This document shows, in pieces, positions 1 through 9,814 of a stretch of 37,003 nucleotides of DNA. The stretch is taken from IMG/VR virus record IMGVR_UViG_3300050150_000008, positions 1 through 37,003 of that record. One strand, given 5' to 3'. Source of the DNA: a virus. Lineage: Duplodnaviria > Caudoviricetes. Every line of letters starts with the position of its first letter. Positions within the stretch are counted from its first letter, which is position 1. The notes below the pieces were generated by a model that was given only the letters and a program-made list of their open reading frames with translations, made no database searches and was not told where the DNA came from. Both the position numbers and the translations under genes were made by a program.

Positions 1-2
1 AA

Positions 3-941
3 CCTAACGAACCTATTTCTGTAGACCCAAATACTGACAACCTTGATGATTTTACTGCATTGTTTAATGGCAAGGCATCAGCAAAAGTCGAAGAAGTAGT
101 TGACGACAACTCTGTCGTTGAAGACGAGCCTATTGAAGTTGAAGATCAAGATACTCCTGAAGACGAGCCTGACGAGGAAGTCAAAGAAGAGACGGATAAG
201 AAACCTAAAAAGGTCAACGCTTTTCAAAAAAGAGTAAACGAACTACTTGAACGTGAACGTAAAGCTAATGAAGCCGCTGCTGAATTGCAGCGTAAACTTG
301 ACAAAGTAACGGCTAACCAAAAACGAGAAGTAGAACAGTCTAAGGTACAAAAGAGCAATACTCCTACTCCTGAAGATAAGAACCCTGATGGTTCTGATAA
401 ATATCCTCTAGGTGAGTTTGATCCTCAGTATCTCCGCGACTTCAATCGCGCAATTATTGAAGAAGAGTGGAACGCCAAGAAAGAGCAAGAAAGAGTAGAA
501 CAAACCAAGCGTTTTGAACAAGAAGCTCGTCAACAGCTTCAAAACCAGTGGGCTGAAAAGCTTGCTGTAGTCAATGAAAAGTATGACGATTTTGTTGAAA
601 AGACAATTGAACTAGAATCTACGTTTGAAGGACTAGACGCTAATTATAGCGATTACCTTGTACAAACCATTAAGAGTCTAGATCATGGCACGGATGTTCT
701 TTACTATTTTGCAAATAACATTGATGAAGCACAAAAGTTCGTAAAACTGGGACCGCAAGCGGCTACCCTCGCACTTGGTGAAATCAATGCAATGTTCAAG
801 GGCAACACTCGAAAAGAAGCCAAGGTATCAAAAGCTCCGCCTCCTCCGCAAGTCAATAAAGGTTCTAAGACTCGCACGACGGTTGCTCCTGATACAGACG
901 ATCTCGACGCCTTCTCTGATCTCTTTTTCAAAAAGAAGTGA
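3..941 (+). CDS. Capsid scaffolding protein (5' end truncated by window)
   Basis: Frame is open from base 3 (PNEPISVDPNTDNLDDFTALF...), so the TTG at 60 is probably not the start. Acidic N-terminus, coiled-coil middle and basic C-terminus; lies directly upstream of the coat gene. Confidence 0.75.
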   Translation, partial: PNEPISVDPNTDNLDDFTALFNGKASAKVEEVVDDNSVVEDEPIEVEDQDTPEDEPDEEVKEETDKKPKKVNAFQKRVNELLERERKANEAAAELQRKLDKVTANQKREVEQSKVQKSNTPTPEDKNPDGSDKYPLGEFDPQYLRDFNRAIIEEEWNAKKEQERVEQTKRFEQEARQQLQNQWAEKLAVVNEKYDDFVEKTIELESTFEGLDANYSDYLVQTIKSLDHGTDVLYYFANNIDEAQKFVKLGPQAATLALGEINAMFKGNTRKEAKVSKAPPPPQVNKGSKTRTTVAPDTDDLDAFSDLFFKKK

Positions 942-969
942 AGGCCTTAATCTTTAAGGAACATTAATA

Positions 970-2298
970 ATGGCTATTGTCGCAGACAATGCAAAACTAG
1001 TCCTCAACGCCTTTGCTGCTATCTTCCAGAATAACCTCACCGTCGCTGACGCAGTTACTTGGAATCAGTACAATAAGGAAATTGAAGACCGTAACCGACT
1101 GACTATCGTTGAACAGGTCGGTCCCCGCTTCGCAATCACTCAAACGACTAACGGTGTACAGGATCTTTCGTCCGGTGTCCAAGACGTCGTGTTTGGTTCG
1201 GAACAATTCCAGCTCAATCAGGTCTTCGGTACTTCGATGGGCTGGGGCGATTTTGCGGCTGTTCGTGATATTAACGACGCCCGTCAGAGTGTGGCATTGA
1301 AGAATGCCGCTATCAACCTCGCAGAAAAGATTGACGCATACATCCTGAAGGTTGCTGCCTTCTCGTCTAACAACTGGACGGGTACTCCTGGTAACAACAT
1401 TTCGACTTTTGACCATATGGCTAACGGCTATACTCGTCTTAAGGAAGAGGGTGTTGACGATGCCGATATTCGCGCCATCCTGACTTATAACGATAAGCAG
1501 GCTCTTGGTTCGGCTATTGTTTCGAATAACGCCTCTCTTGAGGGTATTGGCTCGGGTATCTATCGTAAGGGTTTTGAAGGTGAAGTCGGCGGCATCAACA
1601 CGATGTTTACCCAACAGCTTCCAACTCTTACGACTGGTACTCGTACTAACGGTACTATCAACGGTGCCAACCAGAACGTCAACTATTCGGCTGTGTCGGT
1701 GTCGACTGCTCCTGGTTTTTATAACTCGCAGACGATTGCTATCAACGGTCTTGGTGCCGCTGCTACCGTAACTGATGGTGAAATCTTTACCATTGTAGGT
1801 GTCAACGCCTGGGATAACCGTCTTGGTGCTTCGTTGGGTCGTCTCCAGCAGTTCCGCGTAATTGGCCCTGCTGGTACGATTCCTGGTACTCCTGCGGCTT
1901 ACACCGCTGATGGTACTGGTGCTATTGCCGCGATGCGTATTTTCCCTGCAATCATTGTTGCCGGTACGGGTACTGGTGGTGACATCAACGTCAATACTGC
2001 TAATGCCACTGTTTCAGCTGTGCCTGCAAACGGTGCCGTAGTTACTTGGGCAGTTGCTGCTTCTACTCAGGTTAAGCCTCGTTTGCTTATCCAGAAGGAG
2101 TCGATTGTGGTGAACACCGCAGATCTTATCACTCCTTACACCGGCACGATCATGCGCAAGTCGCTGAGCAAGTTGCCTCTGAGTGTTCGTCTGTGGCAGG
2201 ATTCGTTGTTCAATACCGGCGATCACCGTGTTCGTTTTGAAGTCGCTTTGACTGCTAACGTACGTGATCGTAGACGTCTTACTCGTATTAACGGTTAA
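970..2298 (+). CDS. Major capsid protein, P22 gp5 coat family
   Basis: 442 aa with TAAGGA RBS and strong codon bias; P22-coat-like segments (LAEKIDAY, GEIFTIVGVNA, LQQFRV); followed by a terminator and P22-like tail genes. Confidence 0.85.
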   Translation: MAIVADNAKLVLNAFAAIFQNNLTVADAVTWNQYNKEIEDRNRLTIVEQVGPRFAITQTTNGVQDLSSGVQDVVFGSEQFQLNQVFGTSMGWGDFAAVRDINDARQSVALKNAAINLAEKIDAYILKVAAFSSNNWTGTPGNNISTFDHMANGYTRLKEEGVDDADIRAILTYNDKQALGSAIVSNNASLEGIGSGIYRKGFEGEVGGINTMFTQQLPTLTTGTRTNGTINGANQNVNYSAVSVSTAPGFYNSQTIAINGLGAAATVTDGEIFTIVGVNAWDNRLGASLGRLQQFRVIGPAGTIPGTPAAYTADGTGAIAAMRIFPAIIVAGTGTGGDINVNTANATVSAVPANGAVVTWAVAASTQVKPRLLIQKESIVVNTADLITPYTGTIMRKSLSKLPLSVRLWQDSLFNTGDHRVRFEVALTANVRDRRRLTRING

Positions 2299-2305
2299 TT
2301 ATATG

Positions 2306-2344
2306 ACAGGGGCCTCTGCGAAAGTACGCCCCTGTTTTCTTTTA
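2306..2344 (+). terminator. Rho-independent terminator after coat gene
   Basis: ACAGGGGC...GCCCCTGT stem with an inner GAAA loop, followed by TTTCTTTT. Confidence 0.8.
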
Positions 2345-2354
2345 AGGTAACGAA

Positions 2355-2612
2355 ATGTCTTTTGTTTACTCCCGTTACACTCCGGCACCTATTGGTGTGA
2401 ACGGCTCTGTCACGAAAATTCCTGCCAATCAAACTGGTTGTTTTTCTTGTGTCACTACTGGCACTCTTTCTATTACTGATTCACAAGGTGTTGCCGTTCT
2501 CACTGCTTTTCCTGTGACTCTTGGTACTTTTTATTACATTCCTTTTTATACCGCAGGTGGTTTTACTGTAACTCTTGCAGGTGGTGCTTCAGGTACTCTA
2601 GGATACATCTAA
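2355..2612 (+). CDS. Small virion-associated protein (beta-rich, T/G/V-rich)
   Basis: TAAGG RBS; fills the gap between coat and gp4-like genes; function unknown. Confidence 0.6.
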   Translation: MSFVYSRYTPAPIGVNGSVTKIPANQTGCFSCVTTGTLSITDSQGVAVLTAFPVTLGTFYYIPFYTAGGFTVTLAGGASGTLGYI

Positions 2613-2621
2613 GGATTATAA

Positions 2622-3365
2622 ATGGTTAAAGTCTCTCAAATCATTACTGATGCTTACAGGGAAAGCAACAACATCCCTATTGGTACTGTTCCTAATCCAG
2701 ATGAACAGACTGAAGGTTTGAATATCTTTAACCGTTTGGTTCGTTCTTTGTTTGGGACAGAAGCAGGTGATCCTTACGTTAATTTCTATATTGGAAATAA
2801 CAACGTAAATACTTCTACAAGTAACAATCCTAACTCTTTTCCAGGAGGTTGGTTTCCTCCTGTCAATACTCGTATTGTTTGCAATAACACACAAAGTCAG
2901 ACTTTTTATATGAATCCCCAACCTCAAGATGGGGAAAGACTTGCAATCAATGACGCATCAAATAATTTTGCTACATATCCTGTTACAATAAAAGGGAATG
3001 GAAGCACTATTAATGGATCTCCAACGGCTGTTTTAAACACCGACGGAGTCAATGTAGAGTATTTTTATAGAGCAGATTTGTCGGATTGGCAGACAATTTC
3101 CTCTCTTACTTTGACTTCTGATTTACCGTTTCCTGTTGATTTCGAAGACATGTTTGTCATTGGATTGGCTATGAGAATTAATCCTAGAAATGGTACTCAA
3201 ATTGATCCTCAAAGTATTGCTGCTTATAAATCTTTGACTTCAAAGTTTAGAGCTAGGTATATGATTAGAAGCGCTCCTGACAGTGAAGAAGGTCTTCTTA
3301 GAACAAGCATTATTAAACCTTACAACAGAAGAGTCTTTATCGACAGATTTAAAACGGGGTACTAA
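2622..3365 (+). CDS. Head-tail adaptor, P22 gp4-like, with inserted beta domain
   Basis: N-terminus IITDAYRESN..GTVP..EQTEGLNIFNRL and C-terminus FVIGLAMRINPRNG fit the gp4-like pattern; lies before the gp10-like gene. Confidence 0.65.
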   Translation: MVKVSQIITDAYRESNNIPIGTVPNPDEQTEGLNIFNRLVRSLFGTEAGDPYVNFYIGNNNVNTSTSNNPNSFPGGWFPPVNTRIVCNNTQSQTFYMNPQPQDGERLAINDASNNFATYPVTIKGNGSTINGSPTAVLNTDGVNVEYFYRADLSDWQTISSLTLTSDLPFPVDFEDMFVIGLAMRINPRNGTQIDPQSIAAYKSLTSKFRARYMIRSAPDSEEGLLRTSIIKPYNRRVFIDRFKTGY

Positions 3366-4769
3366 ATGAAAATCGAACTCGCTAAGACAGATTTTGGATC
3401 ATTGACTGAAAATGTTCCTCGCCTTAAAGTGAGTAATATGTACATAGTACAAAATCCCCAAAGTCTGAGTAATGTCTCTTACATTGCAAGACCTAGTTTG
3501 TCTCTTTTGACGACTATTCCTACAGGCCCTACAAGAGGTATTTGGTTTCAGTCGCAAGGTGGTACTACTATTATTTATGTAATTGGTGGTACTAATCTCT
3601 ATACTTACAACAACGGAACTTATACTCTAATTGGAGAAATTCCTGGTACTAGTTTTTGTACCTTTGCTTCGACTATCTACGGTATTGCTATCCAAAGCGA
3701 TGGACTGCTTTATCTTTATGACGGAGAAACAATCACTAATGTACCTATTCCTGATGACAATAAAGTCAGCGATGTAACGAGTCTTGATAACTATTTCATT
3801 GTAGGGATTGAAAACACCAGTAAATTCTATTGGATTCTACCTGGTGGTACGACTATTAATCCTCTTAACTTTGCTTCTGCTGAACGTAATCCTGATGACA
3901 TCGTCACTATGATTAGTATTGGAGACGAGCTTTGGTCAATTGGTCAATCCACTGTTGAAATCTTTACAGATAGTGGTGACGTAACTGCTCCTTTTATTCG
4001 TACTCCTCAGAGAGTCTACACCACTGGTTGTATCGACAAACACTCTATTGTAAAAACAGTCTATCAATATCCAAGCACTGTAAACCAAGACGCCCTACTT
4101 CCTTGTCTTATTTGGGTTACTCCCAGTAAAGAAGTCGTTCTTGCTCAAGGCACTCCTAGAAAGATTAGTAACGAATCTATTGAAGAACTTCTTAAAGCCT
4201 CTTCGACTTTCACTGCTTGGTCTTTTAGAACTAACAGACATGACTTTTACGTCTTGAATACCGACACTGTTACGGTTGTTTATGACCTTACTTCAGAGGC
4301 TTGGTATCGCTGGAATAGTTATCAACAGACGACTTGGAAAGCTCTTTCTGGGGTACAGATCAATGATTCTACTTATTGTGTAGACGGTACTTCTGGAAAT
4401 ATTTATAGTCTGTCGTATTCTCCTGTAGACCTTACTTCTGATTATCTTATTTGTGAAGTAGGAGGTTTTGTAGGAAATACAACTAACGGTGGAATTCCTT
4501 GCAAGTCTGTGACTTTGTTCATTAACTACGGTTATAACTCTTCTTATACCAATATAGATCCTGTTATTGAAATGAGATGGTCTGACTCTGGTGGAGCTTC
4601 TTATTCTAACTATGTACAAGGATCTCTTGGTAAGAAAGGGTCTTATGCTTCTACTGTTAGATTCAGATCTTTAGGTAACTATCAAAGACCTGGCCGTTTC
4701 TTTGAGTTTAGATTCAGCGAAATTCAGACTTTTCGTCTTGATGCAGCTATAACGAATGACACTCCATAA
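3366..4769 (+). CDS. Tail hub/nozzle, P22 gp10-like (packaged DNA stabilization)
   Basis: 467 aa with propeller-like segments FASAERNPDDIV, ELWSIGQSTVEIF, MRWSDSGG and FRSLG typical of gp10 homologs; gene order agrees. Confidence 0.8.
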   Translation: MKIELAKTDFGSLTENVPRLKVSNMYIVQNPQSLSNVSYIARPSLSLLTTIPTGPTRGIWFQSQGGTTIIYVIGGTNLYTYNNGTYTLIGEIPGTSFCTFASTIYGIAIQSDGLLYLYDGETITNVPIPDDNKVSDVTSLDNYFIVGIENTSKFYWILPGGTTINPLNFASAERNPDDIVTMISIGDELWSIGQSTVEIFTDSGDVTAPFIRTPQRVYTTGCIDKHSIVKTVYQYPSTVNQDALLPCLIWVTPSKEVVLAQGTPRKISNESIEELLKASSTFTAWSFRTNRHDFYVLNTDTVTVVYDLTSEAWYRWNSYQQTTWKALSGVQINDSTYCVDGTSGNIYSLSYSPVDLTSDYLICEVGGFVGNTTNGGIPCKSVTLFINYGYNSSYTNIDPVIEMRWSDSGGASYSNYVQGSLGKKGSYASTVRFRSLGNYQRPGRFFEFRFSEIQTFRLDAAITNDTP

Positions 4770-5390
4770 ATGACAAACCTATTAAAACTTCCAAGACTAC
4801 CTGTTGGATGGAAAGATCAACCACAACTTTTTGAGAGGTATTGGGATCTTGCCATGAAACAAATCGAAGCGTCTATTGATGCAATTCTAGAACTTCCTAG
4901 TATTCAAGCAGAGTTGGCTTTAGTTTCAAGTTCTGCTGATGCAGCTAACACTGCTGCTAATGCTGCTAATATTGCTGCCGATAACGCCAATCTTGCTGCC
5001 GCTGCTGCTAATACAGTAGCAAATGATGCAGTGGCTAACAACGCCTTGACTAACTCTGGAGTTACAGGTATTACTATTTCTGCTGTAGATGCAGGTAGTA
5101 ATTGCACAATCTCTATTTCAAATCATACCAGAGTTTATGGTGACGGGGTATCTGTTTCAGTAACAGGTGGATCTATTACAGGATTGGCTTATTCAACTCT
5201 GTACTATGTCTACTACGATCAAGCCAGTAGAGCTGGTGGTACAGTGACGTATGTCGCTACAGTTGTTAAAGCCTCTGCTGCTCAAGTCAATGACAGACAT
5301 CTCGTAGGTTCTGTAACAACTCCTGCCGCTCTAGGTTCTGCCGTGACAGGTAAGTACGTAGACCTTAGTGGTCTTGGAAGTCTTGTCTAA
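4770..5390 (+). CDS. Tail needle-like protein (gp26 position): coiled coil plus C-terminal beta knob
   Basis: Ala/Asn heptads (AANTAANAANIAADNANLAAAAANTVANDA) followed by a beta-rich domain; follows the gp10-like gene. Confidence 0.55.
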   Translation: MTNLLKLPRLPVGWKDQPQLFERYWDLAMKQIEASIDAILELPSIQAELALVSSSADAANTAANAANIAADNANLAAAAANTVANDAVANNALTNSGVTGITISAVDAGSNCTISISNHTRVYGDGVSVSVTGGSITGLAYSTLYYVYYDQASRAGGTVTYVATVVKASAAQVNDRHLVGSVTTPAALGSAVTGKYVDLSGLGSLV

Positions 5391-5392
5391 TT

Positions 5393-5409
5393 TAAGGAAA
5401 TAAAATGAC
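5393..5409 (+). repeat. 17-bp direct repeat TAAGGAAATAAAATGAC, copy 1
   Basis: Identical to 8342-8358; contains the RBS and start codon of the tailspike gene. Confidence 0.85.
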
Positions 5410-8344
5410 AGTTGGTTCTCCACATTTTTTTGATGCTTCGCGCTTTATTTCTGCTTCTGGAGAAGCCGACGGAGCAACAGTTACTTTTTACTACACAGGT
5501 ACGTCTAACCTAGCACCTATTTATACCGATGCTACAATGACGACTACGTTGTCAAATCCTTTGACTATTGCTGTAGGAGCTGTCGTTCCTACTATTTTCT
5601 TGAGTCCTTTGATTAGTTATAGACGTAGGATTGTTTTTACCTCTGATGGTTCAGTCTTTGATAAAGACCCTGTCGTCGGTGGTTCGTCTACAAACTCTAT
5701 GAATATTGGTAATTTTACTGCATTAGGAACTGTGACTGTCCCTGCCGGTGTAGTTTACATTACTTCTAACGGATATACTACTTTTGGTCTTGGTGCAGGG
5801 GAATACGTCAATGACGCTCTTGCTACCAGCACTCTTGCTACTTCTTACCCTAATCTTTGTAAGGTTTCAGCAGACGGTAGATACTGGAGACTTCTTCCTG
5901 TTAACGGTGAAATCACTGTAGATCAGGCAGGTGCTTTAGGCGATCCTGAAGCTCTTGGGGTAATTAATGACGGTCTTGCTATTAACCAAGCTCTTGGTTA
6001 CGCAGCCACTGTCGGTATTCCTACTGTTGTTTTTCCACAAGGTAACTACTCTTGCTGGCATACCGCGAGAACTACTTCGTTCTGGAACTGGGGTATGGAT
6101 GGCAGTGGTATGGCTATTCCTGCTTATCTTGCTTGCAAAAGTATTACTTTGAAAGGTTCTCAAAGACCTCATACTCGTGTTCGATCTTTCAATAAAGACG
6201 GTACAGAGTTGGGAAGTAATTGGCAAATCATCCCTGCCGACGGTTTTCCTTGGAGAGGTCATGGTCTTTATGTTCATGCTCCTACTACAGACGCCAGTGC
6301 TTGTACTTTTACTGGTAGTATTTCTGGTACTACTCTTACTGTAACTTCAGTAGCATCTGGTAAAGTAAAGAACAACCAAACAATTGATACCTCTACGAGT
6401 CTTGGTGTGACTGCTACGGCAATGACTTGGTCGGCAGGTCTTCTTACGATTACTGTACCGACTATGAGTCGTGTTCCTGCTGCTGGTGAATACATCAGAC
6501 TTACTAGTACTTTGCCAGTTACTTTCAACGGTAACTTTTTGATTTCTTCGGCTACAGCGACTTCAGTCGTTCTTGTATGTCCGTATAATCCTGGTACTTA
6601 TGTAAGTGGTGGTGTTCTTTCTGCTGCAACTCTTTACGGAACTACTGTTAGTTATCAGTTGACTGGTACTCCTGGCGGAGTAGGTACTTACTTGATTAAT
6701 CAATCTCAAGTACTTTATTCTGCTACTGTAAAAGGTGGATCGACTTTTGAAAGAAATACCATCTGTCTAGAAAACATTTGGTTGGACGGCGGTACTACTG
6801 CAAACGGAAACCTTGCTTGGACCAATCCTCCGACTGATGTACCTAATGGTTGGGACGTATCCCATAAAGGTATTGCTTTCCGTCCTGACTACTTCATGGG
6901 CGATTTGATTCTTCGTAATACAAAAATTACAGGATATCGTGGTGAACTAGTTTACGCATCTAACAACAGAGAATCCGGGTTGATTCTTGACGGCCTAGTA
7001 GAGCTAGGTGAAACTAACGGTCAAGCCCTTAATCCTGCTGGTGGTCACGTCTCTTGTCCTGGATATGTCAGGGCATGGAACTGTAACGTAATGCTAGAAG
7101 GTTGGATGGGTGTCGGTAACATCAGAGGCGAATTCCTTAATATGTTCCGAGGTTCTACTTTTACTGGTGGTGTAATTGATACCACTCAATCAGGCAATGG
7201 TTTTAAACCTCAACGACCTACTGATGGACGTTGGCCTGGTATCTCTCCGATGTTTACAGTAGATATCAAACATAGTTGTCATCCTAATTACCTTGGTACA
7301 AACCAAACGATTAGTCTTGGTTCTTTTATTACAGGTAAGTTAGTCGTAGTAGATGGTGGTGTAAACTTTGCTGCTAACGAAGTCTCAGGTCCTTTTAAAT
7401 GGGGTATTATTGATACAGATGTTGAAGTAATTACTGTAGTCGATAAAGCAACTCTTCAAACCTCTCTTGGTTTTGCAGGAAGTTCTATAGCTAATTCTAG
7501 AACTATTAGCAACATCAGAGTTAAGCCTGAATTTAGGGTTACCACAAATGCCATTGATAACGGTTTTGAACTTATAGATGGTGTTAGTATTCTTGGTGGT
7601 AGTTCTATTGGACAGAATGTACTCATTGAACAAGGTTGTGGTAAAACACGCAGAGGTTCTGCTTTTTCAGGAACTCCTGCTGCTCCTGCTGCTGGTGATT
7701 ACTACGTAACTTTTAAAGGTAATAACTTTTCTGCTCCTACTGATTTTTCCGTAGCTACTCAGAACGTAGTAACTAATCCTGCTATTATTCTTCGAGGAGA
7801 TTATATGTCTCTTGGCGGCACGGCAGCAAACTCTGTAACAACGGTTACTCTTCCTTCTGCTGGCGTTCAAGACAGGTACGAGATTACTCTTTACAACGCC
7901 AACAGCCCAAGCAGTAACTCTTACTTTGCTCTTGATAGAGTTGCAACAGGTGTAAGACTTCCTGCTCGTAGATTGGTTGGCGGTGCTGATAGTATTAAAC
8001 TAAGGTATAACGCAAGTATTAATTTGTGGCAAGAAATTAAACCTCCTCTTCCTGTTTGTTATACTACTTCTGTTGGAGGCATTTCTGCCTTGACTCTTCC
8101 GGCTGTTGGTGCAAATAGTGTTTCTGCGGTTCAAACCATTTCAAATATCTATGGAGCAGAAGTAGGTATGGATATAAAACTCATTCCTACTGCTGTCAAT
8201 ACAGCTATCGAATTGGTTAATCCTCAAGTGACTGCTGCAAATACTATTAGTTTTCGAGTACGAGAAGTAAATGGTGCTGCTTATGCAGGCGGTACTTATA
8301 ACGTCACTATTATCGCTGAACATCGTCGTTCTTGGACTTCATAA
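5405..8344 (+). CDS. Tailspike / receptor-binding protein with predicted beta-helix
   Basis: 979 aa, G/T/S-rich. N-terminal head-binding-like segment (VTFYYTGTSNLAPIYTD..SNP), then a beta-helix entry motif (GALGD..NDGLAINQAL..VVFPQGNY). Confidence 0.8.
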   Translation: MTVGSPHFFDASRFISASGEADGATVTFYYTGTSNLAPIYTDATMTTTLSNPLTIAVGAVVPTIFLSPLISYRRRIVFTSDGSVFDKDPVVGGSSTNSMNIGNFTALGTVTVPAGVVYITSNGYTTFGLGAGEYVNDALATSTLATSYPNLCKVSADGRYWRLLPVNGEITVDQAGALGDPEALGVINDGLAINQALGYAATVGIPTVVFPQGNYSCWHTARTTSFWNWGMDGSGMAIPAYLACKSITLKGSQRPHTRVRSFNKDGTELGSNWQIIPADGFPWRGHGLYVHAPTTDASACTFTGSISGTTLTVTSVASGKVKNNQTIDTSTSLGVTATAMTWSAGLLTITVPTMSRVPAAGEYIRLTSTLPVTFNGNFLISSATATSVVLVCPYNPGTYVSGGVLSAATLYGTTVSYQLTGTPGGVGTYLINQSQVLYSATVKGGSTFERNTICLENIWLDGGTTANGNLAWTNPPTDVPNGWDVSHKGIAFRPDYFMGDLILRNTKITGYRGELVYASNNRESGLILDGLVELGETNGQALNPAGGHVSCPGYVRAWNCNVMLEGWMGVGNIRGEFLNMFRGSTFTGGVIDTTQSGNGFKPQRPTDGRWPGISPMFTVDIKHSCHPNYLGTNQTISLGSFITGKLVVVDGGVNFAANEVSGPFKWGIIDTDVEVITVVDKATLQTSLGFAGSSIANSRTISNIRVKPEFRVTTNAIDNGFELIDGVSILGGSSIGQNVLIEQGCGKTRRGSAFSGTPAAPAAGDYYVTFKGNNFSAPTDFSVATQNVVTNPAIILRGDYMSLGGTAANSVTTVTLPSAGVQDRYEITLYNANSPSSNSYFALDRVATGVRLPARRLVGGADSIKLRYNASINLWQEIKPPLPVCYTTSVGGISALTLPAVGANSVSAVQTISNIYGAEVGMDIKLIPTAVNTAIELVNPQVTAANTISFRVREVNGAAYAGGTYNVTIIAEHRRSWTS

Positions 8345-8358
8345 GGAAATAAAATGAC
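8342..8358 (+). repeat. 17-bp direct repeat TAAGGAAATAAAATGAC, copy 2
   Basis: Identical to 5393-5409; contains the tailspike stop codon and the RBS/start of the next gene. Confidence 0.85.
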
Positions 8359-8590
8359 TGACAAACCTTCTAATCCTGAAGTTCTTGATGAAACAGGAAT
8401 TGCTCTTCTAAAGACTTTAAAGTTTTCCAATGACTTGTTTTATTGGAACTATTCTTTAGACTGGCAAGGAGAACCTCTTTTTCTTCCTTCTTCATATTAT
8501 CGAGAAGAACCTTTTCCTTCTGGTCTTTCAATTTGTGGATGGAGATTGACTCAAGAAGGTATTGATAAATGGACAGAACTACATCAATAA
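8354..8590 (+). CDS. Hypothetical protein
   Basis: Strong RBS, 78 aa, in operon; no family recognised. Confidence 0.6.
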   Translation: MTDKPSNPEVLDETGIALLKTLKFSNDLFYWNYSLDWQGEPLFLPSSYYREEPFPSGLSICGWRLTQEGIDKWTELHQ

Positions 8591-8973
8591 CTGTCTTGAC
8601 AGACGTACAAAGGTGTAGAGAAATAACAGCAAGACATCCTCAATACTTTACTTTTGATGTAGAACAGTGGTTTTCAAATTCTAAGAACGTTTGTTTTATA
8701 GAAAGAGAAAACCTCTGTTTTGCAGAGTATAAGAAAGAAGGTGTTTACTGGGTTCATTTTTGTTTTGACTCTGCTAAAGGAAGAGAAGCAATTGAACTAG
8801 CAAAGACAATGAGAAGAGTTTTTCTTGACAGTTATGACGTGTCTTGTCTTATCGGACTTATTAGAGTAAATAACAAGAAAGCCAAATTTGTAGTTCGTCA
8901 AATTGGTTTTAAGTCTTTAGGTGAAGTCGAGACTTCGTTAGGACTTTGTGAAATGTTTTATTACAAGGAATAA
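8569..8973 (+). CDS. GNAT-fold virion assembly protein, P22 gp14-like
   Basis: VHFCF..AKGR..LIGLIRVNNKKAKFVVRQIGFKSLG matches the GNAT C-terminal N..A......GF pattern; sits before the ejection genes as gp14 does in P22. Confidence 0.65.
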   Translation: MDRTTSITVLTDVQRCREITARHPQYFTFDVEQWFSNSKNVCFIERENLCFAEYKKEGVYWVHFCFDSAKGREAIELAKTMRRVFLDSYDVSCLIGLIRVNNKKAKFVVRQIGFKSLGEVETSLGLCEMFYYKE

Positions 8974-8975
8974 AT

Positions 8976-9308
8976 ATGGGACTTTCGTCTGAGTCTTCTG
9001 GAGGTTCTACAGGGTCTCCAGCTATTAACAGCTCTCCGACTTCACTCGATAACATCACTAATGGTTCTGTAGATTCCTACTTACCGGAGAGTAAAGGAAC
9101 AGAAGCTACAAAAAAACCTAGTTTTTTAAATAGTGTTTTAAATACTATGACCACTCCATCAGCAGGAATGACTCCAGTTGGAATACCAGCTACAGGTTTT
9201 GACCCTTCTAGTCAAATGCAAGCAGGAATGTCTGAAGGACAAGCAAAATCTCTTCAAGGAGGAGGTGGAGGTCTTCAAATGATTCTAAAACTTCTTGCTG
9301 GCGCTTAA
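8976..9308 (+). CDS. Small S/G-rich putative ejection protein
   Basis: AAGGA RBS, low complexity; shares short motifs with the next two genes. Confidence 0.5.
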   Translation: MGLSSESSGGSTGSPAINSSPTSLDNITNGSVDSYLPESKGTEATKKPSFLNSVLNTMTTPSAGMTPVGIPATGFDPSSQMQAGMSEGQAKSLQGGGGGLQMILKLLAGA

Positions 9309-9319
9309 AGGAATAATAT

Positions 9320-9802
9320 ATGGGAATGAGTTCTGGGGACTCCCAATCTTCTAATCAATCGACAAGCACTAGCAGCTCTCTTAACCAGGCATATCCTAGT
9401 GTAAGCAATTCTCTTACTGGTACGATGGACCAGACGGGCAAGGCGTCTAATGCCATTGCAAGTCTTCTTGGTCTTAACGGCCCTGCTGATACATCTGGCT
9501 TGAGTAGCTTTTTGAATAGCAGCAACTACAACTTTACAAGAGATCAAGGTATTGCAGGTATTAATGCCAACAACGCCTCTAAAGGTCTTCTTGCTTCTGG
9601 GTCTGCTTTGAGAGGTATTACTGATTATAGTAGTAACCTTGCTAGTACGTATCTTGATAAATATCTAAGCAATCTATCTGGTCTTGCAGGGACTGGTATT
9701 AGTGCCGCTCAGACTATCTCTGGCGCAGGTAATACCGCCAACAGTCAAAGCAACAGTTACGGTACTTCGTCTGGTTCTAATAGTAGTGTCCAACTTAAGT
9801 AA
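9320..9802 (+). CDS. DNA transfer (ejection) protein, P22 gp7-like
   Basis: YNFTRDQGIAGINANNASKGLLASGSALRGITDYSSNLAS matches the motif of gp7-like DNA transfer proteins; gene order agrees. Confidence 0.7.
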   Translation: MGMSSGDSQSSNQSTSTSSSLNQAYPSVSNSLTGTMDQTGKASNAIASLLGLNGPADTSGLSSFLNSSNYNFTRDQGIAGINANNASKGLLASGSALRGITDYSSNLASTYLDKYLSNLSGLAGTGISAAQTISGAGNTANSQSNSYGTSSGSNSSVQLK

Positions 9803-9814
9803 GAAAGGAAGAAA

